DNA of 55,096 nt, filler included, from Sphacelaria rigidula (Eukaryota), in NCBI GenBank assembly GCA_964200075.2. It is 4 parts of 4 records of this genome, joined end to end, with 100 filler letters (N's around TTAATTAATTAA, not from the genome) between each part and the next. Parts side by side here need not be neighbours in the genome. Positions count along the whole stretch, not along the records: positions 13,802 to 27,502 come from CAXNAA020002713.1; positions 27,603 to 41,300 come from CAXNAA020002714.1; 2 more parts are not named here. The stretch is one strand, 5' to 3'. Below, piece after piece: positions 23,384 through 35,965 of the stretch. The position numbers and the translations under genes are program-made. Numbering within the stretch: the stretch's first letter is position 1; the number at the start of each line of letters is the position of its first letter. The notes beneath the pieces are model-generated. The model did no database searches and had not been told where the DNA came from. It saw only the letters and a list, made by a program, of their open reading frames with translations.

Positions 23384-24243
23384 CGCTTGGACAGCGACCT
23401 CCCCGCAGTTGAACTGAGTTGGACAATAACACATTCGGAGTTCAGAACAGCTCTTTTCTCGCTACACAAAACACGGGAGAAGCTCATGGAGTCAACCATG
23501 TGTGTTTGGAAGTATCCCGCGGAAAATTATGAGCCGTGCACGAGGACCGAAAGGCGCGGGATGACCACTCTGATCAATCACGGTCGTCAAAATGAGCACT
23601 TTTGTTGCGGTAGAGGTAGACACCTGGTAGACACAATCGCTATTTACCTTCATAACGTATTTTGATCATTCCTGATCAACCATAGATTATATAACCGACA
23701 CGCAGGTGCTTGAGCATCTTCGGTACACTGTTGTGTCTGTCTGTTCAGTACTGCCTGAGCGTCGTACTAGCTCCACATCTCAATCTGGTATCAAACGTCA
23801 TGGCGCAACACGCCAGCGGCGGCCACGAGTGCCCGAAGCACGTAAATGTAGACAAGCACTTCCACGGTGAGGCGACCGCCATCGCCGAGCAATTGCTCTA
23901 CGGTAGTCAGGGGCGTTCGCGGCGGTAGTCATGGCGCGATATCCAAATGCATGCTACGTACACTCGGCACGTGCAAGACTGTAAGATCTAATACGCTGCA
24001 GACCGCCCGTGCAGGCGCGGCACGATACACTACAGACTGCACAGCAAAAATATGAGGGGTGATAACCAGGTGGTCGACAACCACACCTCCGTCTGTGTTA
24101 TGACGCAACTATGTACCTCTTATCCACTCCCGGTCCCTTCTGCCGTAGAGTAGGCGTTTTGACTTGTGACAAAGGAATGATTCTGAACCCAAAAAGTGTA
24201 GTGTCTACCTCAGTCTACCAGCAGGGGGGTCGCTGTCTAAGGG
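23384..24243. mobile_element. 860-bp piggyBac-like non-autonomous element
   Basis: TTAA at 23380-23383 and 24244-24247; imperfect TIRs of about 40 bp: CGCTTGGACAGCGACCTCCCCGCAGTTGAACTGAG vs reverse-complemented right end CCCTTAGACAGCGACCCCCCTGCTGGTAGACTGAG. Confidence 0.7.
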
Positions 24244-24247
24244 TTAA

Positions 24248-24445
24248 GCTTCGGTCGCAAATCTATGATTGACTTTTTCGAACTAACTAACCCGAATATT
24301 GACCCTAACCCCGACCCGAGGGGTACGAGAACCTTCGGGCCAGGGGGGCGTTGCCAAGCCTAGAAAACGTCCTGGGCAAGTCAGGAGCACTTAGCCCCTC
24401 TTGAAATCCGAATATCAGTGTTCCCTCTGAAATCAAGTGGTCATC
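24248..24445 (-). mobile_element. telo-MITE family copy, internally deleted
   Basis: GACCCTAACCCCGACCC...GAGAACCTTCGGG...AGGAGCAC...AATCCGAAT...AAATCAAGTGGTCA; also matches 53590-53780. Confidence 0.7.
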
Positions 24446-24579
24446 CTATCAACCATAGATTTTCGACCAAAGCTGCTAACAAAGACCAAAACTAGTGATT
24501 ATGAGAAGCCGTGATTGTGATTGGTCAGAAGGGTCACTCCGCTCCTCTCGGGCTTCGTTTCTGGTTCGTAATTTTCCGT

Positions 24580-24770
24580 AGAAAACTTCCGAACACGGAT
24601 GGCTGACGTGGTGAGTTTTTCGGCTGTTCTGCGAACAGACCCCCACCTCCCGTCAAAAACCACCCCCCTGCCCCGGCCCCCTGGGAACCCCCAGATGTCC
24701 CTAGACTATCAGCCTGTGAAACTATTCCGAGGCGACACTCGCGGTCCGGGGGTTAATCGTTCAGGTAAAA
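24580..24770 (+). repeat. Dispersed repeat, inverted homologue of about 54392-54570
   Basis: Shared AAACTTCCGAACAC, TGGTGAG.TTT, CTGCGAACAG, GACT.TCAGCC and GTCCGGGG. Confidence 0.75.
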
Positions 24771-24867
24771 TTAGTGCAGATTCAAAATATTACCTATGCT
24801 GGCGGTCAAACGTCGTGCCGCGACATAGTCATCTGTTGCCCAACTAGTGAGAGGGAATATCAGACGG

Positions 24868-25200
24868 TTATTTTTCTTGTTTTATTTTATTTATTTGTCG
24901 CAGTTTGAACCCCTCCCCTTCCTCGAGACGAATCCGTGGTCTCCGGGGATCATCCCGTCTTTTCCCGGCACACGCCTTGCATTTTGGTCTCGCGGATTGG
25001 ATCATGACCATCAGCACTCCCGCACCGCGTCAATTCACGCCAAAGAAACTCAGTCGACTACTTTGTTCTCTCACACGATCACGCTTTACACGATGGAAAA
25101 TCAGATATGACAAAGAAAACCCCCGACACATCGGGAATCGAACCCTCGTTCTCTCCACCCAAATGGCGACAGTCTGACCATTACACCACCGAGGCGCGGC
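24868..25200 (-). mobile_element. tRNA-derived SINE family 2, full length with A-rich tail
   Basis: Minus strand GCCGCGCCTCGGTGGTGTAATGG (A box) ... GGGTTCGATTCCC (B box); colinear with 42429-42735; A-rich tail. Confidence 0.88.
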
Positions 25201-25520
25201 ATTTCGTTGCCCGTAAACAAAAGTAGTGGACGGTAAGTTTGAAATTTGCACAATAATAGTTGCCTGCGGAAGACAGCTACCAAATGGATATGTTGACGTC
25301 GAACGACCGGGAGCCGTAGGCAGCTACAAGTATACGATGAGAAACCTGTGCGAGTAGCCGTCTGTCGTGCAAGTAGTTAACCCTTTCACCGCGACGCCCA
25401 CCCAGATCGCCCACGATCCTGCAAAATCGCTCACGGCTATCAATAGTTTTGGAACCGGATCCATTTGTTTTCAAGCGGCACAGCACGCGTACTTGTATGA
25501 ACAGGTGGGTGTTGAGAGGT

Positions 25521-25531
25521 TGCGCGCGCGC

Positions 25532-25580
<49 letters not shown>

Positions 25581-25938
25581 GGCATCCCATCTCTTCTGAA
25601 CGCCAGTCTACACCCGTCGATATATGTGGGCGCAGCAGCCGGGGTCACACAGGAGGGAGGTCAACACAGGAGTTTTTTTTCCTTTTTTCTGCTTTTCAGT
25701 ACCCCACCTTCCTTCTGCGGTGCCTTGCCTTATGTTTTTACCGCGAGAGGGGTTCAGCGGTCGCTTTCCCTCGTCGACCATGGAGTCGAATTTCCATGTA
25801 CCCACGACATATTCACTCTCCACTGTTGAGCATGGTGTGAGAAAAAATCCCAGATCCTGTGGCTGCACCGAGATTCTAACCCAAGACCCAAACATCAGAC
25901 GGTTTCGAGGTTACCAACTGAGTCACCGCCGCGACCGG
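25521..25938 (-). mobile_element. SINE family 1, full length, with compound (CA)n(CG)n tail
   Basis: Minus strand CCGGTCGCGGCGGTGACTCAGTTGG...GGGTTAGAATCTC; complete family body; alternating GC then GT tract at 25521-25579. Confidence 0.9.
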
Positions 25939-27502
25939 AGCGTTTGAATAGAAAATAGTCCAGAAGAACCCCTGACAATGTTTCCTCGCAACGTCATGTG
26001 AGCATTTCTTTTTCTCGACTGCGTGGCCAATGAATGTTGGCATGCGCAAGCCAGTATTGCATGCTGGTCACCACTACCGCCGAGATATGCGCAAAGAGTA
26101 AACTTCTCTCCGCTTTGCTTGAGCCAGCAGTACTTCTAAGGCAGTGCTGGCACAACTCCTGCATGTTTTGAGGTTGCACTGGCTGCGTGTCGCATAATCT
26201 CAACCGCATCTATGGTGATCGCGCTGCCTTTCGGCCGTACAGACAGTCATGGGACCACGGCTGAACCCCCGGGGGGTCAGTTAAAGTGCGACAATCAACC
26301 AAGCAATCAATCATTAGACAGACGTTTTGTCATCATCTGTCTAGACGCGAGAAACGAGAAATAGTACACACTACCGTAATAAGCTCTGCCATTCACTTCT
26401 CTCCACTACAAGTACACGCTGTTTTCATCTGTGCTCTATGATTACAAAAAAATATATTGAGAATGGGAAAGCAGCTTGCAAAGTATGCTGCACTAGCCGC
26501 AAGAAGTTCCTCCGCGATATTGTGTTTCGATAGATGAGCGGCCATCGCTGGTCAAATCGACCTTGACATTCAGGCGTGCGATATTGGACGGTTTCTATCG
26601 GAATATGACATATCATATGACCGACCAAAATTATCAACATTCAACATGATGACTCATGATGACTCCACTCCGTTCAAGCCAGCTGCCCGGTCTAGAAATT
26701 AACTGGAAATACGCAGGATTGATCTCGAGCGCGTTCGTTGACGATCGGGGAAAACGCACACCACCCGCTCAAAAACATGGGCAGACAGATCCGCACAACT
26801 GGCTGTGTAGCCATTAGTTTGCAATCTCAGATGCCTTCAGACCTTCGTATGGTTTTCACTCGATTTTCGGTCAAATCGATTCAAATCGATTCCCTGGGAT
26901 ACAGAGGGCACTTGAGTCACACGTGCCGTACCGCGTTACTGCCGCGTTATTGCATCCTGCCTGTTTTTGTCTGGTACTTGACTGGTTGGCCGTATACAGT
27001 GGCTAGTATAGTATATCTCACCGACGTGATGCACCACGGGCAGGGATGGCCTATCTTGAACACCAGCAAGCTTGACAAATAAACGGAAAACACGCCCATG
27101 GCCGTAGTCGCCATCTGTTGATATCAAGTACAATTCAAAAACGATCACGATGTCGAAGACGGGAAAGAAAGCATGAAATTGAGAAGGGGGGGCGAGAAGG
27201 AAGAAAACTAAAACTAACCTAGAGAAAAGACTGCTCTGTCAAATAAAACGTGTACTGCCTACGGTATGTACTCTATCGTCTATTGCAATAGACGCAATAG
27301 TCGACACTGTACGCATTATACTTTTTTGATAGTGTCATCCATTTTCATCATCCAGGGGGTTAAAACTAACAAAACACTTGTCGCCGGGAGGAAAACCATA
27401 GCAGCTGGGGGAGGGGGGGAGGGGGGGGGGGGGGGAAATACGCTTGATTTTGCATGCCATAGTCGTATGACCATGGATCGGAAGACCCCCTTTCGGAACT
27501 CC

Positions 27503-27602
27503 NNNNNNNNNNNNNNNNNNNNNNNNNNNNNNNNNNNNNNNNNNNNTTAATTAATTAANNNNNNNNNNNNNNNNNNNNNNNNNNNNNNNNNNNNNNNNNN
27601 NN
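27503..27602. other. Artificial contig spacer N44-TTAATTAATTAA-N44
   Basis: Identical 100-bp spacer. Confidence 0.98.
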
Positions 27603-29146
27603 CCGGGGAGCGGTTGATTCTCATTTCAAAATACGTTCTCATTTTTCTGGCAACCCTGTTAATACCTGAAATTGAGGGAGAAAAGCAACTTATTTGCGAG
27701 CAGCTTTTCTTACCGTTCAAGTCCCACATACTGCACAGTATCAGTGGATGAGATTCAAAAGGCAGAAGAAAGTGTTGAAAACTCATCATCCTGCCCCCCA
27801 ATTTAAATATCAATCGGGCAAAGAGATCGAAGTCTTCAGCAGCATCGGCTGGTTACAAATCCTACACACTAATCGAGAGTGTATGTATGTATACACACAG
27901 CCATGTAGCTTTAGCTTGTGGTTATGCTACACCACCTGTATGAACCTCATATATCTCGACATACAGGTTTTGACAACCCCGTAGTACCGTGTCTACCATT
28001 TCAATACTACTAACGCATTTTTTCGGTTGAACACGCGAAAAACTTCGATGGCGATTTTACGCTGCGTACTTCGATGGCGATATGACGACCACAACGATAA
28101 GCTCGGTTTGGTGCTGTACTGAACTGTACAATGTCGTGCAGGACAGTGGCATATCGTGCTTATGTACGTGCAGTGCAATATACTGCAGACTTAGCGCGGC
28201 ATATGCGCCATGTGTGGCTAAAGTATATAAAGTGGATGCCTGTAACTTTGGGTACATGGGGGTGTTATATACCGTCAGCTACAGTATAAATCTTGACGCC
28301 AACGTTCGTCAGGAGAACCTAAAAGACAAGCGGGCAAAGTACAGTAAAGGCAGCGCAAGACTATATGTGTGTTTTCTGCTTACAGTGCGACGTGGAAAAA
28401 ACTTGAACAGTGTGCGCAGCTTTGTCTGCCTGCACTGCCCATGAGTGTGTATGCAATGAGCCGCCGGATATTGCCCGCACCCTACCCCACATGGCTCCGG
28501 CACCGCGCGACTCCGCGACTATGGAAGAAGATGCTCAAGTTAAACTTTCGCCGACAAGACATACATCATACCCAACTACGGCAGTGTGTGCCTATATCCC
28601 TGTGCCCCACTCGTTCTCTTTGCTGCAGGGTTGTGGTAGCTGGGAATAAGTGTTGTCGGGTTCGCATGGTTCAATCTGTGAACGGCGGGTGATACATTTA
28701 TATATATATATATATGGCGTGATGCTCCATACCACAAAATTGCTGGGGTCTCAAAGGTGCCCTGAAAGCAGTTAGGACACAAGTGCACACGTTTCAATGT
28801 ACACGCTGGAGGATACTGCATGGTTATGTCCTCCGGAGTCGCAACAAATGGCTTAGAGGTCAAAGTCGGTCGCTCTTCCAAAGGAATGGTGCCCATATTT
28901 CCCTCTGAGGGACGTTCACGGAAACCACATGCTCCACAGCACCATATTTTCGGCACTCTGGAGGGATTGAGATCTCAGAAGTCACTGGGGCATCAGATGC
29001 CCTCCAGAGGATTCGTTTCATGACCGGAACCGAGTACGAAATACCCTCTAGAGGGTGTTGTTATCCCTCCGGAGGGTCACTTTACCCTCGAGAAGTTGAA
29101 AATCGCGATAGAGGATTTCAAGGGGGTAGCCGAATGGCCGCGTGTG
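27603..29146 (-). mobile_element. Second copy of the CACAC-terminal element, inverted and truncated by the contig end
   Basis: Ends GGGGGTAGCCGAATGGCCGCGTGTG at 29146; colinear in reverse complement with about 9-1470 throughout. Confidence 0.88.
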
Positions 29147-29399
29147 CGCTCTCTACCACTGTTGTACAATACGACTGAACCTAGAGTAAGCTGACGCCCA
29201 GGACAATCAAAATAGCACAGGGGCGTCTAGCTAAACACAAGTAATAACGCAGAAAAACAAAAGCGAGTTACTCGTACTGACTACAGCTTGAGCAGGAAAA
29301 CACAACGCCAAGGAACACGAAGACCTCCCAACCAAGCAGAACAAGGTCCGTCTATCGACGCCAATTGTCATCATGATAGGATAGCTATTGCACTGGCTG

Positions 29400-32300
29400 G
29401 GGTCTCTCAGTATGAGTGCCAGGAGATGCTATGATGCCAACTCACCAAGCTCCCACGTGGGCAACATCACACAGACCTAGTTATTCATCAAAGCACAATA
29501 CACGCAGGTTCATTCATGTATACTGCTGATCGGGAACTCACTTGTTCCAGAGCATCATGTTATATCTACAAGCAGCTCTCTTACTCAGTACAGCCGCAGC
29601 GCAGCCATAGGAGCAGAGCGTAGTGATGGCCCAGAGTAGAACAAGGCAAGCCGGTAACTGATCGAGGTGAGTCAATGCGGCCTCTGGCCGCGGCTGAAGA
29701 ATCGTAACTAATGACAGTAGCAAACGCAGTAACAACGCGTCACGGAATTCAGGATCAACGAGCAGACCTGCACAACGTGATATCTTACTGCCGCCAAGTT
29801 TCACCACAAGATCATACATTCCACAAATTTGTTGTTTTCCATTACATATACCGCCTCTCGACATTCAACACCACGTTTTATCTTCATTACATTTCGATTC
29901 TGCGACCCTCGTTACCGCTCACACGCACACCATTACTCTAGATGAACCGACATTGCTTCGTGTTTGACGCCTCAGAACTACATACTCTACTGGTCACAAC
30001 TGCAACTCTGGAAATAATCTCGCAACTGCAAAAAAATAATGGGTAATATTTGTTGAAATTCGCCTATATCGTTTCAATCACCCGTCACTGGTATAATACG
30101 TACTTCCTAATAATACGACACTCGCCGACGAAATACCTCGACGTCTTCGCGTACTGCCCTGTACATGGTGGTTTTACGCACAGCGCTACAGTATCGTCGT
30201 CTACTACGAAAACAAGTACCCAGACTAGAGTGTTTCACAGTGTGCCGGCCAACTCTGCATTTGCAGGCGACATTCCTACCCCCCGAATTGACGTAAAGGA
30301 AGACCTTTTGCGGGCATCGTCGTCGTCGGTGTTGTTGCCTTCACATCAAAACCATAATATGTCTGCGCAGTACTTGTATTTTTGCATTGGGCATATGACG
30401 GGGACACCTTTCGTGGTCACAGGCTAACTACTCAAAATGAGGTATATAGAAATCAAATGGAAAATAAAAAGGACCCAGAAATATCAACACAGATGAAATA
30501 CAAATAGATATAATTATGTTGACCTCGTAAGCTCCGGTGCCGCCGGCGACCGTTCGGACTACTCGGGGCAAAGGCCAATGTTCCCACTCGTTGTGTCGGC
30601 AGACGGAAATCCAAGTACCTTGCTACACGTGATTTGCAGTACACGGAAATCGAAATTCAGATACTGCCTTCTTGTAACACATGTCCCAAAATCAAACTCT
30701 AAAACAGCTACCAATGGAATGTCAACCATATATACGGCTTAGGTAAACGATCTTCGAGTGCACAGCGACAACAACCCCCATCATAGAAGGAGCCATACTG
30801 AAGACACGGACTACGAACAAGCAGTGCTGATTGCTCTTACACCGGAACGGTGCAGACGACTAGCTCACTGGGTGCACTCCAGCTTTTGAGCGGGGAAGCG
30901 CTCCCTCCATCATGCGTGTGGTAATCTACTACTTAGGAGTTTGCTACTTCTCGCGGGGGCGAAACCTTATCGTCAGGGTATATTTGAAAACAATAATCGG
31001 AACGTGCTTCAGGTTCATAGTAGTCCTGGAAAGTACAAGGCTAGAAACACTTATAGCGGTACGTCAACTTCTGGCACATGGTCGGTTCACTAACCAGCGT
31101 CACCAGACACCTTAACCGATCTTCGGAATTGCCTCGTATGGAAGAAAATGGTGTACTCTAACCTCTCAGGATGTTCAACGACACCACTAACACACAAATT
31201 CCTATATTGAACGAATCACTTGATGCTAGACTGGGAGAGACAGTCTACTTAAACTGAGCATAAGCGAACCGCATTACTTGATTTTGGAGTAGTTGCGGCA
31301 AATCACTTGATCTGAGTACAGGTGAACCACGTCACTTTATATTAGGCTGGCCAAAGCAATCTACTAGTCGTACAGTTGACACTTTGTGAGGGGAGTCACT
31401 TGAACTATGTATAGCTGCCGCGAGAGGCTGCTGCACAAGAGTCTTAGCTTCGGCGGCAAAAACATTTTTTAAGAACGCGTCAATACCAAACTCAAGACTA
31501 CCTAGACGAGATGTGGCTCCTGTCTTGATATTTCTTGTTTTGTTGTTTGGTATTGCTGGAACCGACTTGATGGGCCGAGGTTCACGCATTGCATGTATGA
31601 TTGTTTTGCTCAGCTAAATCGACGATATATGGTGCATACAATACCTACAACAACAACCGTTTTTCGGCTCGGTTCCCCCCGCATTCATGCCAACAAGCAA
31701 CTGTGCTGTGCCATACTATCGTAGATGACGTCATGTATTGTGGCGCATCACAATCTATAGCCAAGGCGATGTGTGTCGTTACTATAGAGGGAGCCACCAA
31801 AACAACCTGGCAAGTCGTCGAAGTTGTCTACGGGTCCTGGAAAATTGAAAAAGGGGAGCAGGGGGAGGTTCCAGGGAAACTCATTTTTGACTACCAATGC
31901 TCCCAACCAGACAGGGCTTCAACAATTATTCGGGATGAATTGATCAAGTATTCCATCACCGTTCAAAAACTATAGGGAGCTAGGAAATGGTTGCCAGTGC
32001 TGGAAAACAATTCCCGACATGACTTCACGCACACTTCTAGGCACACGACAGACCTCAGGCCTTGGAAACGTATGCAACGCAACCCTCTCCAACCAGAGCG
32101 TCTCTTCATCACAGCCAGATCCCTACCCTTTCTAGCAACTCTTCCGTACCTTGACTCACCCTGCACTTCACTGAAACTACCCCCCCCGCGCCCCCAACCT
32201 TCAACCAGGCGACACTCCTATGTCCCCGAGTCTTCAACGAGTCAAAGTCAGATCAAAAGCGAGCACCGACGCCGATCAGCATGTTTGCCTACTCACAAAG

Positions 32301-32520
32301 ACCCGCGCCTGCAGACGCAAGGTCCAGCGCGTAATCACCTTGGGCAAGGACATCAGTGCGATGGCTCTCGCCGAGAAGCACACGAAAAGGATCAGCGCCA
32401 CGTCGAACGAGAGAATGGGCTACTGCACTTTGCGGCGTGCGGCCATCGTGCCATCGATCCTGCTGTCAAATGGGTCGTCCAGAGAGCAGACTGTCCAGCT
32501 CACGAAGTCGTAGCGTGCGG
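29400..32520 (+). pseudogene. Highly decayed Ty1/copia pol (integrase, RT, RNase H) relic
   Basis: Motifs in copia order across frameshifts: C..LTKLPRG (about 29420-29460), PTKYLDVF (about 30130), ELPRMEENGV (about 31130), ESLELCIAAARG...FKNA (about 31394-31480), CSAKSTIYG, IVDDVMYCG (YVDD-like, about 31720), GKLIF..CSQPD (cf. GSLMYL..TRPD), RRHSYVPESST (cf. KKQSTVALSST), AMALAE...QLTKS (cf. ADILTK). LTRs not found; boundaries approximate. Confidence 0.72.
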
Positions 32521-34304
32521 AAAGCGTACGGGCAACCCGCAGACTCTGTCATTTCGACAACGATGGTGTTGATGGAGAGGCAAGCACAGGTAGGAAAAGA
32601 GGCAGGTCAGTGCTCTTGTGGCATCAAGCAAAGTTCGGGAGTCAGTACGGTGGATACACAATTCATTCATCACTCAAGCGTCGCAGCGACATCGCTTCCC
32701 CTTTTGCTTGTGGAGGTGTCCTGTCGGGGTCGTCATGTTCACAGCCCCGCGTGCGAAGGGTCATCACGATCATGCTCCAATAGTTGCTGAATTGTAATAT
32801 TTATTCCGTGTCGCGCCTCTAGCATGCAGATAGATGATCGAGGGTAGAGGACGGAGAGAGAAAAAAACGCGGTCGCGGCAAGTTGAGTTTTTTTTTGTTT
32901 CCTGTCGGCGCGATGGACATACCGCCAGTAATGCCGACCGTTGAGGACAGTCACAACGAAATCGATAAAGAAAATGGTACTGTTTCAGAACTCCTCTCGG
33001 ACGAATACCATCTACACATGGTACTGCCAGCGCTGCCGTCGCGCCCCGCTGTGTAAAGATGCGACTGGAGCCCCCAGGTCTGAAGCGTACGGGTTAGATT
33101 CCCGGTAGACGTATAGCGTTCTTCTACAAAACTAATTTTCTCCTCAAAAACGCAAGGTCTTCAGCAGCAAAAAGAACTGGTTACATAAGAGAGCTGATGC
33201 TCGTGATCCGAGTTACTGATGGATCATGATCTAATCAGTCCGCGATACCAAATTGCTATCATAGGCGACTACCGAGGAAGACATCGTCGAGAGAAAGGGT
33301 AGGGCTTGAAAATGTGGAAGACAAAATTGTTGCAAATAATGGACAATATTGTGTGGTGCTGTCCTCCACAGAGACCGACTACCGTCGCGCAGACAGTAGC
33401 ATATGGCAGAGGTTGCACCGTGGTGGTCGGACCACTTGCTTCTGCAGCAGAAGACCGAAAAAACATATGGTGCTTGGGGCCCTTCAATTGGCCGAACAAA
33501 ATTTAGCAGCCTCTTTCGAATGCAGAGGGCTGAGTAAACAAAGGAGAGTGGATGCATAAGCGGTGGAGGTGACCGACTCCAAGCAATCTCAGTCCTGGAA
33601 CAAAAAGTGAGAGTCCCTACACGTACGTAAGACTAAATCGCATCCTCAGTTCAATACTGCTGACGCGTTAGTCTTTCCAGATCGCAGACTAGATCCACTA
33701 CAAGCTACGTGGCCTAGCTACCTTGATACAGTAGACTACTGTGAAACAAACCATGGCAGCACACTTCTTACTGCGGTATCCTACGTGATTATGTGGCTAC
33801 ACGTGTGGAGATATCTACAGTACGTGGTCCGCAGTGTTGTTGAACCGCTATAAGTTGTATACCGCTGTTTGCTATTTAGTCGACACCCAGAACACGGGCA
33901 ATACAGCCAGATTGTAAGCTGTTTATCAATTTTCCAACCAAAATGAAGAGCACCCGTGCTCTTCAAAACCCGTTTCAGTCACCGTTGCATGAAGAGACGG
34001 ACAATTAAAAAAAAAAAAGAGGAAAATGTGTAAAGCCACCAGTGCGACCGGTGAGATGCGTATTTGCATGACATTCCAGTGGCCATACTTGTCAACATTA
34101 GGAGTGAACACACACCGTGAGTACTCTGCCGTTCTCCTGCTAGTACACCATCAAGTGCCTACAGTGAGCACGAAACGCTGACTGTTCAAGAGCACAACAA
34201 GCAAATCATATAAACCATCTACCCTGACACTTAAGAGAGAGTGCTAGTTTTGCGCCCAGTATCTGCCGGATAAACGGCAGTCACCAAGTCACTATAAGGT
34301 AGTA

Positions 34305-34657
34305 CACACGCGGCCATTCGGCCACCCCCAGATTTCCTCTAGGTCGGTCAACTTTTTGAGCCTCCAGAGGAATGAAACGCCTCCGGAGGGGTGAGCGGCC
34401 CTCCAGAGTAGGTTCCTTGGTTTCCTCCAGAGAGATTAGACGTCTGCGGAGGCTTGTTTTTGCCTCTGGAGGGCCGCGTATCTCTCCGAAGGCATCTTGC
34501 TACCCCCATATTCCTCCGGAGGGATGCGCGGCCCTCCAGGTCGGTAATGTTTGGTCTCCTCCAGAGGCATTGAAGGCCTCCGGAGGCTTGTTTCGCCTCT
34601 GGAGGGCCGCGCATCTCTCCGCAGGCATTTTTGGGGGTAGCCAAATGGCCGCGTGTG
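34305..34657. mobile_element. 353-bp MITE of the CACAC-terminal family
   Basis: TA|CACACGCGGCCATTCGGCCACCCCCA ... TGGGGGTAGCCAAATGGCCGCGTGTG|TA; interior built from repeated CCTCCRGAG and CTCYGGAGG motifs. Confidence 0.92.
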
Positions 34658-34824
34658 TACAAGTTTGAAAAAAACACGTTACATGGAAAGGGAATGACCT
34701 TCCAAAGATTTCCGGTAACCACGATTCATCACGACTCCTGCTTGATCCCCAAATTCGTGAATCAAGGGACGTGAGAACCCGGCATAAGTTTCAAAAAAAG
34801 GAAAGAGATCCACGACCAGTCTTC

Positions 34825-35273
34825 AAAACAGTCGATCACCGAAATTGAGGATGGAGCTTTCTATTGAGGATGAGAACCCGGAAAATCAAAAACTTCCTAT
34901 CCACACCACATCTTCGAAATAGGGTTTCATTCCTTCACCTACTGGTAGCTATTGGCAACTGCTACACGCCCTACACAATTTGGAATTCGATAATCAAAAT
35001 GTTGGGGTCCCAGATGAAGAAACACTTTTGAGGAGCATAGGTGATCCGATCAGATCGCCGCAATTCCCCGAAATTGGTTTTTAATCTGGGACCCCAACAT
35101 TTCGGTTATTGGAACCCAAATGTTCATGAGATGTAGTACCTGTCAACACCTGCCAGTAGGTGAAGGAATGGAATCAAATGGCGAAGGTTTGATGCGGATA
35201 CGAAGATTTTTACAATACGGGTTTTTATCCTCAATGAAAAGCTCCAGCCTCAATTTCGGTAATCGGCTGTTTT
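34825..35273. repeat. Long imperfect palindrome (arms about 220 bp; weaker pairing out to about 34665-35455)
   Basis: CCGAAATTGAGG/CCTCAATTTCGG, CATTCCTTCACCTACTGG/CCAGTAGGTGAAGGAATG and AAATGTTGGGGTCCCAGAT/ATCTGGGACCCCAACATTT, symmetric about 35049. Confidence 0.9.
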
Positions 35274-35639
35274 AATACGCTAAGGGCCCACCGGTCGAGT
35301 GGAGCTCCTACGAGTTGACAACCCCCGGTTCTCGTCCTTTGATATTTTCACTTCACCGTATCAATCTGGATCGTCACAGTGAACACTTCTATGGTTGAGG
35401 TTTCAAATTTTCTCGAAAACCATCGAGCTACAGCGGAAAACCATGTTTTTTTGCATTATATACGGTCAATATACCCTACATCCTGATTGACCCCACCTTT
35501 ACCCAACTACAAGCACACCGCGCGAGTGTGTTATATCGTCTGACACACCTACGAGCCCTGCTTTCGTGGAATCAACCCCCCTCCCTCCCCCGCACACGCA
35601 CTTTTCCGCGCAAAGGAGATAATCATACTACGTAGTGTT

Positions 35640-35965
35640 TACATGGTGAGACACCCATGAGGCAATGTGTAAGTCGTGGATGTCTCTGGAAGTGGTGATA
35701 TCAGAAAATGAAGCGACTCATCGGAGGCCGTCATCCAAATGCAAGATAATCAGTACGCTTCGGACCGAACAATTTCAGCAGGATGTAGCTCGCCCTTCAT
35801 GCGACTCGCCAAACACATAACAGCGCTTCGCGCTCGGTGATTGATCGCGAGCCAGGTCCGGCTACAACGCGGCGCGCTCCGTCCCGGCTTTGTAGGGATG
35901 CGAGGTCTATGCCCACATGACCATGGCATGCAAGATTATGAGTACACCACCCCCCCCCCCGTGCC
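35640..35965 (-). repeat. Dispersed repeat unit shared with 41401-41795
   Basis: Minus strand contains CCTACAAAGCCGGGACGGAG, CGAAGCGTACTGATTATCTTGCATTTGGATGAC and TGCCTCATGGGTGTCT, matching the start of contig 4. Confidence 0.8.

Noticed and set aside
1..29146. Apparent giant inverted repeat (9-1470 vs 27603-29146) defining a 29-kb element
   Set aside because: The two copies lie on different contigs joined artificially, and the first copy has its own right TIR at 1799-1820.
30450..30780. Possible second copia RT fragment (KWKIKR, LATRDL, DTAFL, IYGLG in mixed frames)
   Set aside because: Requires several frame changes and lies upstream of the better-supported RT; may be chance similarity. 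A profile search would decide.
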